Assembly: GCA_020184695.1 (NCBI GenBank)
Contig: JAANOX010000104.1
Location: 1-64,000 of the forward strand
Source of the DNA: Histomonas meleagridis 2922-C6/04-290x
Taxonomy: Eukaryota; Protista; Parabasalia
Length of the DNA: 64,000 nucleotides
Direction of reading: 5' to 3'
In this document: in pieces, positions 32,020 through 43,732 of the stretch
Layout: each line of letters starts with the position of its first letter
Position numbering within the stretch: position 1 is the stretch's first letter
Position numbers and translations under genes: made by a program
Notes under the pieces: model-generated
Seen by the model: the letters and a program-made list of their open reading frames with translations, nothing else
Database searches by the model: none
Told to the model about the DNA's origin: nothing

Positions 32020-33221
32020 CAGTTTCTGGAAATAATTACCCAAAAAAAGTTTCCACTGAAACAATTCAATTCATGTTCAAAAAGAGACGATATTTTTACT
32101 TTTTGAATGAATCGACCGCAGATTTACACAAAAATAATTTTATAGGAATTAAAAATAAAAGTGTTGATACATAAACATAAAAAACAAAAGAAATACAAAA
32201 AAGATAATAATTACTGTATTAAAAAATATATTTAATGATGAAGATGAAGGAGAAAATCGATTTTGGCAACGACATTCACATAACTCGAGTTATCAAAAAT
32301 TCTATGCGCTCTCAAATAACCGTTGTGGTAGCCATTCAATTTTAATGGGGTGAAATTTCCCCTCTCAATTTCCCATAAATTTGCTTTTTGTGCGACATTT
32401 CTTCCACAGTTAAATAACGCAGATTTATATATATTATTTTTGCGCTCTAAACATAATAGCAAAATGATTACATGAAAGATATGTAATTTATGGCCTCATT
32501 ACATTTAATGTTCCAATCAAAATTAACTCTTTATGAAAACTATAGCATTATATTAATGCAGAAATAAATCTGAACATAAAATAAGAACAAAGCGACAGGT
32601 AACTCATTGCAATATTAGTTTGCACTAATTATTTCTGAATGCAAAAATATCTATAAATGCAAAAAGGCAACAAAACTGTTCTAGCGACTTAAGTGTTGCG
32701 TTGTTTTACGTGTTTTCTTAGAAAACTAATTCATTTCAAATTATTTACAAAATATGATTTAAACATTAAATCAAAAGCACCAAAAAAAACACAACCTCAG
32801 TAAGATATTGAGCTAATTATCTAAATAAACGTTGGATTAATATTGTTTAATTATACAGATATTGTTCCACTAACTTCATAAATATTGAATGCACCTCATG
32901 CGCATTATTTTGAGCGAAGGCGTTCGGAATTTAACTGTAATTGTTGATGCTTAAGCTGTTTTTTTGATGTTTCTTCCGATGACTTTTTGGTGGTTCGTAC
33001 ACGTAAACTTTTCATTTTTGGCTTGCTATTCAATACTTTACATACCCGTCATGCTTAGAATTTATGAATTTGTAACAAACGGTTGGTACGTCCCGATCGA
33101 CATATTGAATGGGTTAAAAATTTGAAACGACCGTTTATATGGTTGACAGCTTCTTGATCATATAAAAAGTGCTCAAGAAGTTTACGAAGTGAAGTGATCA
33201 ATTTCATACCACAAGTCGTTC

Positions 33222-35426
33222 ATGATGCTCCTCCAGTTTATCATTGCTTTCCAATTCAGAAAACTTTCAAATGACATACCAATGGAACACCATTTTTGTG
33301 GAGCTAATATTAATGGACACATCTATGATGCATCTGAGATGGCATCAAAGATGCCTGTTTTAAATTTTACTGATCTAGAAGGCGAACACCAATTTTACCT
33401 CAGGTTTTGTGATGACATTCGAGCATCAGATTTGCCTGAAGGTATTTCAACTCAATATGGCGCATCTGGAATTGCCATTCAAAAATCAACAGGTGAATAC
33501 GAACCATTTAATTATCATTTCACGCAAACGTATTCTATTCCCAATAATTATGAAGATGGATTTTTCATTTACTCACTTTCTGAATCATTCCATAAATTAT
33601 TAGATCAAGAATATTACTATGTAATTTACGACATGAAGTGTAAAGAGGGGTCAGAAGATCTTAATCCCATATCTATTCAAACTATTCCATTTGGAGATTC
33701 ATTATCAATTATCATCACATTTGAAAACAAATATGGATGTTATACAATGGGAAATGTTCCAGCAACTCCCACAAAACACCACTGTAATGTTTCTTATCCA
33801 CCAAATGTGGTTTATCCATTTGGCATTTCTTTCAAATTAGACGAAATTGTAGCCGAACCACGAGGATTTCCAATTCCAATAGATGCCAATACCTATGCCA
33901 TGGTAAAGATCTGTGGCACAAGTACATGTCCACCTAATCTCCAATGTGATTCTGAAGAATCAGGAGTTTGGGTTTGTTCTGCTGGATCTTGTCGTTCCTT
34001 TGGGACTCTTCCCACAGAGCTTTCCAAGCTTTATGACAATCCAGATGAAGGAGTTCTCGCCATTTACAATGATAAATCACGTCAAACAAAAGTTGCTTTT
34101 CGATGTGATTTTACTATTGGCAAAGGTGAAATCTCTGTTATAAACAAGCGCCTTAACCATGACACAGAACTCCTTGTGAGCACGCAGCTTCAAGAAGTGT
34201 GTATCAAGGCAATTGAGGCAAGTCACACGTACTCGTGTCAGGCGCAGTTGTCAGACATCAAACATCAAATTTCAGTTGATTTAACCGCTCTGAATTACAA
34301 CAACGGTTATCGATTCAATGTTTCAATAAAACCGTGGGGAATGACGCCCGATAAAACTTATGTCCAAATCCAACCTTGCGGTGTATCTACGTGTCCTGGA
34401 GATATATGCGAAACTGCGGGCGCTAATATATGGTTATGTAAAGTCGACAAAGGTGTATCGATATGTGAAGATTATGGATTATATGAAAACTCTGTTGAAA
34501 TCACTCCATTTACTCCTGGTGATCTTTCTAAAGGGCTTTATCTTACATATAAAGGTACAGCTAAAAGATTAACACATATTCATCTCAGATGTAATCGATC
34601 TCTTCCTGAACATCAAATGACATTCGACCAAGAAGTGAATGTAGATACAGGTAAAGGGCTACAAATTGTTGGTTATTCATCTGATTATTGCATTGAACCA
34701 ACACCACGTCCAGAACCAACATTACCAGTTCCAACCCCATATCCAACATCAACTCCAACACCAGGTCCAATTCCGTCACTTGTTTACCAAGATTCCGAAG
34801 TTCGTTTTGATTTATCATCATTGTATGTCAACAAAACGCGCGTAGCACTTTCAGTGCGTTACACCAAAAGTGCCAATGAAATGCAAAGTGTGATGATGTT
34901 TATTGAGAATGGAATTAAAGGATGTCCTCGTGGATATACATGTTTATATTCCGATGAAGCATCCATTTATAAATGTTTTGATGTCTATAAAGGCGAAATC
35001 GTTAAGACATGTTTCAGTGTTGCAGATGTTCGATATGGCATTGAAATTAATCGGAATGAATTTATATATTACGGAGGATATGGCGGATATTCCACGAAAG
35101 TTATTATCGAGTGTAACAGAAGTATCGAAAACAACAAATTGTTAATGGATGAAAAAGGATTCGAAGAAAATCGAATGATTACATTATATGGATATAGTAA
35201 TGCGTTTTGTCCGAAAGAAGATACGAATAACCATAAGACATCGGGCGGATCTGTGTTTTTGTTTATTCTTTATCTGATTGCAATCGGATACTTCGGCGTA
35301 GGTACACTTGTTGTGTACTTGCGCACAAAGCAAGTCGACATTCCAAATAAGCAGTTTTGGAGCGAGGTCGGAGAAAGTATAATGAGAGTGTTCTGTCGAA
35401 GGAACTATAAATACGACAAAATTTAA
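33222..35426 (+). CDS. Multi-MRH-domain type I membrane protein (mannose-6-phosphate receptor/ATG27-like)
   Basis: Signal peptide, repeated Cys-rich modules (..ICG..TCP..VWVC..C.SFG..), PT-rich linker, and C-terminal SGGSVFL..YFGVG..IPNKQFWSE typical of M6PR/ATG27. Confidence 0.75.
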   Translation: MMLLQFIIAFQFRKLSNDIPMEHHFCGANINGHIYDASEMASKMPVLNFTDLEGEHQFYLRFCDDIRASDLPEGISTQYGASGIAIQKSTGEYEPFNYHFTQTYSIPNNYEDGFFIYSLSESFHKLLDQEYYYVIYDMKCKEGSEDLNPISIQTIPFGDSLSIIITFENKYGCYTMGNVPATPTKHHCNVSYPPNVVYPFGISFKLDEIVAEPRGFPIPIDANTYAMVKICGTSTCPPNLQCDSEESGVWVCSAGSCRSFGTLPTELSKLYDNPDEGVLAIYNDKSRQTKVAFRCDFTIGKGEISVINKRLNHDTELLVSTQLQEVCIKAIEASHTYSCQAQLSDIKHQISVDLTALNYNNGYRFNVSIKPWGMTPDKTYVQIQPCGVSTCPGDICETAGANIWLCKVDKGVSICEDYGLYENSVEITPFTPGDLSKGLYLTYKGTAKRLTHIHLRCNRSLPEHQMTFDQEVNVDTGKGLQIVGYSSDYCIEPTPRPEPTLPVPTPYPTSTPTPGPIPSLVYQDSEVRFDLSSLYVNKTRVALSVRYTKSANEMQSVMMFIENGIKGCPRGYTCLYSDEASIYKCFDVYKGEIVKTCFSVADVRYGIEINRNEFIYYGGYGGYSTKVIIECNRSIENNKLLMDEKGFEENRMITLYGYSNAFCPKEDTNNHKTSGGSVFLFILYLIAIGYFGVGTLVVYLRTKQVDIPNKQFWSEVGESIMRVFCRRNYKYDKI

Positions 35427-35789
35427 TAGTAAATAAATGAATACATTATCGCATTTGAACATTGAAACCCATTTCTTCAGCTGAAACATAATGTTCGATT
35501 TGGAGCTGATGATGTCCATTTTGAAATTGTGTCCTGTGAAGCTGTCGGTTGTGTGGGCAAACGTTATCCTGATAAACATGTTAGATAACGTAGAAAATTC
35601 ATTCATTTCATTGGTGTTGGAATTGAGAACATTTGGTGAACTGAGGTGATTGGGTGTGGTTTACATCCGGAATGTGGGGGTCCCCAGAAATTCATAGCAC
35701 ACTCAGTAAATTTTCAAAATAACGATAAATGTTTTGAATACCGAACCACGGGTACATGTTATGTATCGTCAATGTAAAGTACTTATTTC

Positions 35790-36045
35790 CCAAAACTGGA
35801 AATATTGAGAACACTATACATATAAGCAGATTGATACGGTGAAATACTTTTTGAACAAGAAGGAATTGATTCTAATGCAAATAATATATATGTGTTTTAT
35901 TTGATGTTTATTTTAATAATTATTTATTTCAATATATTATATGGAAATTATAAAAATTATATAAAGTAGCACTTATTTATGCATCTCAAAATGATCATGT
36001 AGATATAGTTAGAATACTTCTTGAACAAGAAGGAATTGATAAAAG
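35790..36045 (+). pseudogene. Orphan ankyrin unit with 80-nt insert (35886-35965)
   Basis: EQEGIDSNANN-[80 nt]-VALIYASQNDHVDIVRILLEQEGID. Confidence 0.75.
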
Positions 36046-36474
36046 TTACATCTCAAAACTCGTCTGAATAATTTGATTTTTATTATACATGAATAATAAA
36101 TTCATTCTCCTAATGTTCATTCTTTTTTCTCTATAAAAATTTTTAATATCACATTCAATAAATTTTTTTAATTTTTATTATATTTAATGAAAAATTATTT
36201 GTTGTTGAATCAAAATTGGAGACTGCAAACAAGTGAAAAAGTTGAATTTTTCAAGCTAAAATGCCAACATTATATAATCTTCTATTAGGGACTATTATAC
36301 GAGTCATTTTAAATTTTAAACAATTATACATGAATTCACTATTATTCTATAATGCCTAGATAAGTTTTTCATTCATTAAAAATTCAAAATTATTTAAATT
36401 ACATAATCAATTTAATATTATTAATAATATATAACCAGTAGAAACTTTAAAATTCTAATTCATGACAACTTTGT

Positions 36475-38346
36475 TCATTTACTCTGTTCGCAAGTTGCAG
36501 TCGCAACAATCACATTTTCATTACTTTTAGAAACAAACAATCTATTTGACACGTAAGTATCATTTGTTTGGAAGCTATTCTTTACAATGACTTGTATCGT
36601 ACACTTTATTGATCCCTTATGTTTATTTGATATTTTATTCAACATTTTCTTTACTATTTGTCTTCGATCTTTATCTCCGAGTTCACATTTACCTTTTCTA
36701 ATTAATTTATTTAGGAAAAGCGAATCCAATTCATGTTTACTCAAGAAAGAAGTCAATTTAATTTTATATTTTAATAAATTTAACTTTTCATTAATTTCGA
36801 AAAACTTTTCCAAAATTTCTTTAAACGAAAAAAATTCGAATTGTTTTTTAACCAAATTATATTCGGATTTAATTTCCGACATAACTTCTTTTAAATAATA
36901 ACTTTGGTCGGAAATTTTTATTTCATTTATATCCTCAAAAATTAAATATGAAACAAGTTCGATGATATATTCATTCATAGATAAAGTCCTAAACCAATTC
37001 AGCACAAATTCACATTGCCAAATTGGGTTAAACAAATCATTTAACACTGCTTTAAATATATTTTCGATTATGTTATCATCGATTTGAATTTGTTTATTCC
37101 GAATAATTCGTTTTATATATTCTAAATTCGGTTCAATGTTTTTAGCTTTACAATTCGATTTATATTTTATTATTATGTCTCGAACTTCATAGATAACATT
37201 TAAATCGATTTTATTCTTTATTATGATATTGTTCATTATTATTTTGTTTATAATAATATAATGAATCGAACTTAATATGAAATTCGATGTGTTTAAGTTG
37301 TTCTTTAATTTGTTTATATAGAAATTTAATATTTGTAAGTTCTGATATATAATCGGAGAATTTAAATCAATTTCTTCTTCGTTCATATTTTCGATCAAAG
37401 TTTTGTTTCGATAACATTCTTCAAGATAATTACAAAATTTATTCCAAATGTCTTCAAAGTTTTTGTCTAATAAATATAACGAAAGATTAGAAAGTATATT
37501 TAAGTTTGGATTGATAGTAATCGACTTCAAGAAATTGGAACTTTTGATGTTTTTATTGTTTTGTATTGTTTGATGTTTATTGTTATCGTTTTCCATTTGT
37601 TCTGTTATTACTTTTTGTATGAAATCACTCGAAAAATCGAAAATGTAATTAGTTGATATCGATATATAACATTTCGGCGCTTCTTCGAAATTTAACACGG
37701 GATAATGCTCAGCATTTTGGTTGTCCCATATTCCGCAAACATAAAAATTATATTTCAAATTATGTGTTTGATAATACATTAGGGCAGAATAGGAAATATC
37801 AGATTTGTTCGGACAAAAAGATTCGTTGAGAAGATTTAATATGTTGGATAACGTAGAAAATTCATTCGTTTCATTGGCGTTGGAATTAAGAATATTTAAT
37901 AAACTGGAATAATTAGGTATAATATATTTGGCTTGTGTTGAATAAAAAATTGTTCCTGTGTCTTTAATCTCCATACCAATGTAAGAAGAATCTTCTAATT
38001 GAATAAAAAATGGTAGATGAAAATTAGTTGAACGAAATGAAACTGAAAGAGCTGATAAAAGTTCGCGTGAAGATACATCTTCGTTAATGATTTTAACCAA
38101 AATATATGGGGTTTGAATCCCAAATAATTGAAATATATTGTCAGAAATATTATTATCAAATAATGACTCAGACTGATGTTCCTTAGTAAAAGGAACATAT
38201 TGAATTATGTAAGATTCATTTTCTTTTATTGAATTAAAGTCCCAAGATTTAAGATCTTCAAAACTTTTAGCTTGATTTTCGAAATTAGTACAACATGTAA
38301 AATCACTCCAAAGTTTGTCTACATCCTCTTCCTTAAACTTTATCAT
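36475..38346 (-). CDS. Rab3 GAP catalytic subunit-like protein
   Basis: N-terminal DFTCCTNFE, LFGI..YIL..ELLSALSVS..FHLPFFIQ, and DLNSPIIYQNLQILNF resemble Rab3GAP1 motifs. Confidence 0.6.
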   Translation of the reverse strand: MIKFKEEDVDKLWSDFTCCTNFENQAKSFEDLKSWDFNSIKENESYIIQYVPFTKEHQSESLFDNNISDNIFQLFGIQTPYILVKIINEDVSSRELLSALSVSFRSTNFHLPFFIQLEDSSYIGMEIKDTGTIFYSTQAKYIIPNYSSLLNILNSNANETNEFSTLSNILNLLNESFCPNKSDISYSALMYYQTHNLKYNFYVCGIWDNQNAEHYPVLNFEEAPKCYISISTNYIFDFSSDFIQKVITEQMENDNNKHQTIQNNKNIKSSNFLKSITINPNLNILSNLSLYLLDKNFEDIWNKFCNYLEECYRNKTLIENMNEEEIDLNSPIIYQNLQILNFYINKLKNNLNTSNFILSSIHYIIINKIIMNNIIIKNKIDLNVIYEVRDIIIKYKSNCKAKNIEPNLEYIKRIIRNKQIQIDDNIIENIFKAVLNDLFNPIWQCEFVLNWFRTLSMNEYIIELVSYLIFEDINEIKISDQSYYLKEVMSEIKSEYNLVKKQFEFFSFKEILEKFFEINEKLNLLKYKIKLTSFLSKHELDSLFLNKLIRKGKCELGDKDRRQIVKKMLNKISNKHKGSIKCTIQVIVKNSFQTNDTYVSNRLFVSKSNENVIVATATCEQSK

Positions 38347-38655
38347 TAAGTAAATATTTACCTAAATTTTTTATTTAAAATATGCCTAGTGATGAAGAAA
38401 CCGTTTAAATTCCGGCTCATTTGCAAAATCGAAATATCTTGTTTCCAAGGCATTGGAAATACGAAGAAATCAATATGTGAAATATTTGAAAGTAAAAGTG
38501 TATCTCATCATCATAAACACCGGATGAAAAAGAATTTAATTATCAATCAATGAAGAAAAGCATTAACACAAAGCCATTAGTTGTCTAAAAAAAATAAGAA
38601 AATCCTTCCCGTTTATTATCATATTAATGATGTAATGCAACTAATTAAATTTAGA

Positions 38656-39933
38656 TTATAATTCTGGCGCATCAGCTTCGTCAACTTTCACATTTCGCTT
38701 ACGAAGGAAGATGATAACTCCTGTAACTACACCTGCTACCACGACAATGACCACAATACAAATAAGTGCAATTCCGCCACCTGTTTGTGCAAATGGTACA
38801 TCTTCTTGTTCGTCATGTACACTTTCTGTATCATGTCCAGGTTCTGGAGTTTCACCTTGAGTTTGAGGAGTTTGAGTATGAGGAACCTGAGTATTTGTTT
38901 GAGGATTTTGAGTTGGTGTTTGTTGAGTGTTTGTTTTTGTTTGAGGATTTTGAGTTTGAGTTTGTTGAGTGTTTGTTTGTGTTTGAGGATTTTGAGTTGG
39001 TGTTTGTGGAGTCCAAGGGTCAGGATGTTCTGCTAAGATCTTATTGTAATCTTCATCAGACTGCGCATTGTTACAGTTTGTTATCACTGTGAAGTACCGA
39101 TATTCATCGCCATTTGTTCGAACCAACCGAACATGATAAACGGTGTTGTACTGCGGGGTGCCCTTTGTAAATTTTGGCAGAAATCCGACGGTTTTTCGGG
39201 GGTTCCCACTGTCATGCGCATCGTACAGGTCAATCTCCATAGAGAGCTTTGTGGAATTTTCATAGACTTCTAAAGAAGAAAAGTCACTTGCTTTGAGTAA
39301 CATTGCTGAAAAAGACCATCTGTAAAATTGATTATGTGGACATGGACCTGGTGGTGGATATGCATAAAAATCAAGACGCTCATCATTTATAATACCCGTT
39401 TTTAATACTTTCATCGCAGAATATCGACCAATGCTTGCAAACCCAAATGTACCACATTTGGTATTAAGTATTAAAACACGGTGTCCAAGATTATGGTTGT
39501 CATTGTCCTCCATAAAAAGGTCAATATCATATGTTGATGCACCAGATCCAAAGGCAAGATTTGATGTAGAACAAGCTTCATATGCTTCTTGTGAAAAACA
39601 TCGTGCTGTTTGTGGTGGGTAGTGAGTAACAGTTCCTAAATAATGACAAACAACACAGCATTTTAACAAATCTTCAGTATATTTCTCATCGTAATTTGCG
39701 TCGTTCTTGAATCCAACAAGCTTACGGAAATAATTTGTGCGGCTAAGAGCTGATTTAGCATCTTCAGGGTTATATGTTTGGATTCCGCACATTGTTTTTG
39801 ATGTATTCTCCCATGGCGGCCAAGGAATATCTCGATCATATTCTTTCTTATAAGCACTGCAGACTTGAGAACGAGTTCTTGCTTCTAATTCGTTAAGTCT
39901 GATGATAGTTGCGACAAAGAAAAACATCATCAA
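38656..39933 (-). CDS. CAP/SCP-domain type I membrane protein with Q/T-rich stalk
   Basis: Signal, ALSRTNYFRKLVG..HYP..SNLA..LGHRVLILN..FGF CAP motifs, repeat stalk, TM, short tail. Confidence 0.8.
   Translation of the reverse strand: MMMFFFVATIIRLNELEARTRSQVCSAYKKEYDRDIPWPPWENTSKTMCGIQTYNPEDAKSALSRTNYFRKLVGFKNDANYDEKYTEDLLKCCVVCHYLGTVTHYPPQTARCFSQEAYEACSTSNLAFGSGASTYDIDLFMEDNDNHNLGHRVLILNTKCGTFGFASIGRYSAMKVLKTGIINDERLDFYAYPPPGPCPHNQFYRWSFSAMLLKASDFSSLEVYENSTKLSMEIDLYDAHDSGNPRKTVGFLPKFTKGTPQYNTVYHVRLVRTNGDEYRYFTVITNCNNAQSDEDYNKILAEHPDPWTPQTPTQNPQTQTNTQQTQTQNPQTKTNTQQTPTQNPQTNTQVPHTQTPQTQGETPEPGHDTESVHDEQEDVPFAQTGGGIALICIVVIVVVAGVVTGVIIFLRKRNVKVDEADAPEL
38889..39011 (-). repeat. About three copies of a 42-bp coding tandem repeat (TQNPQTxTNTQQTx)
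   Basis: gtttgaggattttgagtt recurs every 42 bp on the plus strand. Confidence 0.85.
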
Positions 39934-40576
39934 ATCTTGTAATAACGTTATTCAAAATTTTGAATGTCTTTGTGATAAACCGTTATTATGAATTTTCAAT
40001 GGAGGCTTTGACTGTAGATTTGCGCAACTCTTGACTTTTCCTGTGAAGTCAAGTCGCTCACAAACTCATTCCCAAAAATCAGGAAGATTTGATGACTTTT
40101 GGAAGGAATTCAATAGTTTATTTTTGTGGATTTTTCATTGGTATGATTAATGCTTTGGAATGAGGCCTCCCAACAACCGACAAACTTTGGAGGTGTATGG
40201 TTGACAAAAAAAATTGATATTTTGATAAAGTATTTTTCAATCTTTATCTTTTTGTATATAAATTATATATTAAGAATATTAAAATCGTAGGACATATAGC
40301 ACATACGCATTTCCGAAAACCACAATAGATATTTTATTTATATAATAAATATCAAAAATTGTTAAATATGAATATTTGTTATATTTCGATTGTTCTCTTC
40401 GTCTTTTGGTTGTTTGAAATTTTTATTTTTTATTTCTGTGCTTATTTAGTCAGATAACTTATAATTACAAACAAATAACCTCAACGAATCACTTGAATAA
40501 AATTTTTGTGGGAAACAAAAACTCTAACAAATTCGAGTGAACTTTTTTTGGGAAACAAATTCGTTTTTACTTATTT

Positions 40577-43307
40577 CTAAATGATAAGAGATACAATTGG
40601 CAAAGCAGAAATTGCAACTTTTCCTAATGTCTTGAAGAACTTTCCTACGCCCTTCTTAAATTTTTGGCTCTTCTTTGAGATTACTTTTGCCTCATTTTTT
40701 AATTCTTCGACGCATTCACTTAACAATGAAGCGCTGTATGCCTTTAACTCACTTCGAATACTTTCGTTTGCATCTGATATAACATAATCACATTTCCGAT
40801 TAAGTCTACTTGCAACATCACATGGTAATACATCCGAAGGACTTCCTGACCTATTTTGCATTTCAGTTCTTATTGACATTTTTTCTCTTTCTAATTCCAT
40901 TCGAATCTTTTCCTTGAATTCGCTTTTGAGTTGAATTAATCTTTTGTTCCTTTCTTCTTCAGAAAGTTGATTTAAACTTTTCATATGCTTTTGAATTTGA
41001 CTTGTGATATAATCTTCAAGTTTCTTATTAATACTTTCATTAACACTCCCTGAATAACGTGATTTAAATTCATTAATGCAATTATTAGTTATCATATCAT
41101 TTAAATTTCGTGAGATTCGATTTAACTTTTCGAAGTCGCTTCGTTTGATATTATATTCTTGTGCTGTTACTTCATTCTTCATTATAGATTCCGCAATTTG
41201 TTTCAAGCTTTCGATAACTTTCTCTGTGTTTTCTCCAGCTATTTTATGCGCGTTTTGTCCCATTTCGATTAATATACTTTTAGCTTGTGAACGTATGAAA
41301 TCTTCAACTTGTTGTCGTGCTGTTTGATTGATATTAGATTGAAGACATATTCGATCGAGTTCAAGTTGACATTCATTTTCTAAGTTACGAATACGACTTT
41401 CATTTAATATTGCGGATTCATCAGTCGATAATATGTTATTAATTTTCTCTTGTGCTATTGCCATTCTTTCGGATATAAAAGATAACATTTTGTCTTCTAA
41501 ATCTTTTGTAGTTTTCTTAATTCGCGTTTCTTTTTCTTGTTTAATTACTGTGTTTAATTCATCCATTTTACCTATTAACTTATTATATATATAATTGTCA
41601 ATTTTATTGCGTATTTCTTTCGGTATTTTTTCTTTGGATTCATTCTTAAGTGTTGTTAAGATTTTGCGCTTTAATACTACTTAATAAACTAATTGATATT
41701 TGTGTATATTTCGAAATATCACTGTTTTGGATATCAGCTTTTTGTTGTTCAATTTCTTCTTCTATAATAACATCGGCTTGTTTCTTAAGTTCTATAATTA
41801 ATTCTTTCTTATTATTCTCAACAACTTTTTTCGCTTCTTGTTTAATTTCATCATTTATTTGATGTATTTCAGTATTAATGTTTTCTTGAATTTCCATAAT
41901 GATTGAAAAATCAATTTTTTCTTCGGATCCAATTCGATTTAATTCATTAATACAATCATCAGAATCTAATGAACATGACCTTAAAAGTTCACCTAAATCT
42001 GATGATTTACTATTAGTCATAGTTTGTTCTGATTGTTTTTTCTTTGTTTCGATATACGAATTAATTTCATCTTGTAAATGTTTATGTTGTAATTGTTTCA
42101 TTTGATCTCTAAGTTCATTAAATATTTTACATTTTGTTGATATTTCATCAGAAATTTTTCGTTTTAATTCTTTATATACATTTGAATCTTTAACTTTCCC
42201 TTCTTCGATTTTACTATCGAAATCTTCTGTTAATTCTTTAATAATTTTGACGGAGTCTATAATTGGTAATTCAATAATTGTTCCTTCTTTAATTGATGAT
42301 TCGATTTCATTAATTTTATTATCAAGTTCTTGAATTTTCTTTTGAATGATTTCTTCAACAATTGGTTTATATTTGTTCTCATAATTTTTATTTTGCGTAT
42401 CTTGAAAAATTTGAATAATAACCTGAATGATGTCTTGTTGTTCAGGTAAATTAATTAAATTTTCAAACATTTCACATGCGCTTTCCCAATCAAATGTGAA
42501 TTCTTTTCGTGCTTCTTCAATATGATTTATAAGTCTTTGCGCAAAGATTTTGAACCCAAGATTAAATTCAAACCCTTGTGCCATTATATCCGCATTTATA
42601 TCAATTGGATAAAGTGGAATAAAATCATTATATTGAATCGTATTTTGTATCTTTCTATAGATACTTTTTTTGATTTTTTTCTGATATTTATCAAATTTGC
42701 CTTTACTTGGTTGATATTTAGGGACATTTCTTACAAGTGCAATTAAATTTTTGCTTAAATCACTTTTTAACGTTCCGCGAATTATAAGATCAATTGTTTT
42801 GAGAATTTCTTTAATTGTATCTGCTACGCCATTTGAAAAGTTTGTTTCTAACATAGATATAATAACACTGGATAATGCAGCATATGGATAAATAAGTTGG
42901 CTCATAAGATAGTGACCTGCCTGAATTTGACCATCGCCAGCATTAAAACCATCGACAGCATTAAAACCATCAGACCCTTCTGTATCAATAAAAAATATTT
43001 GAGTTTCGTTGTTTGGAATTATTTCCATTCCAAACTTTTTCCTAAAATCATTATAAGGAAGAGGCCCATAAATAAAAGCGCCAGTAGTTTCTTCATCCCT
43101 CCCATTACCAACAGCAATACTCTTATCGCCGGTAAGTAATTTTAATGTACTGGACTTACCAATTTGGTATGAACCAAAAATTGTTACAAAAATAATTGGC
43201 TTTCCTTGTGCTTCCATCATTGCATCTTTGAATTCTTTGAGAACATGCTTAAATTTCCTGTTTATTCCTTTGCCATCGCATATTGTTGTCTTGTGATGTG
43301 GGAGCAT
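40577..43307 (-). CDS. GBP/atlastin-like large GTPase split by a single frameshift (ORFs 43307-41646 and 41566-40577)
   Basis: GSYQIGKS, ETTG, FIDTEG, then coiled coil. The downstream frame is open across the gap (KRKILTTLKNESKEKIPKEIRNKIDNYIYNKLIGK-MDEL), placing the shift at about 41650-41680. Confidence 0.75.
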
Positions 43308-43732
43308 AGAGTTATTTAGATTACAGATTGAGGTGGCATTTTTATAATATACACAGTGGCATATATTAAAAAACGGTTATGAGCAATTTTTAAATAATTA
43401 AACCATGAAAATCATAAAAATTCATTGAATTTGATAATGAATTTATTTTGAAAAAAAAGTGAACCGCCGCATTTTAGCCTTTTTTACCCTTGTCGAGATT
43501 AATCAAGCTAAAAATTGTCCACTTTTTAACACAAATCTGATCGTCTTTTAGGCATGAAAACTGTCCATTTTCCACATGAGACAGAAGGAAAATTGCGACT
43601 GGGAAACACTTTTATTAATAAATCAAGCAATTTTTAGTTAGAATGAAGAAAATTTCCCTAGAACTTTAGGTTTAATAGTCAAAAAATTTGATGAAAATCC
43701 ATCCTTTATCTTATGATTTATTTTTTATTCAA

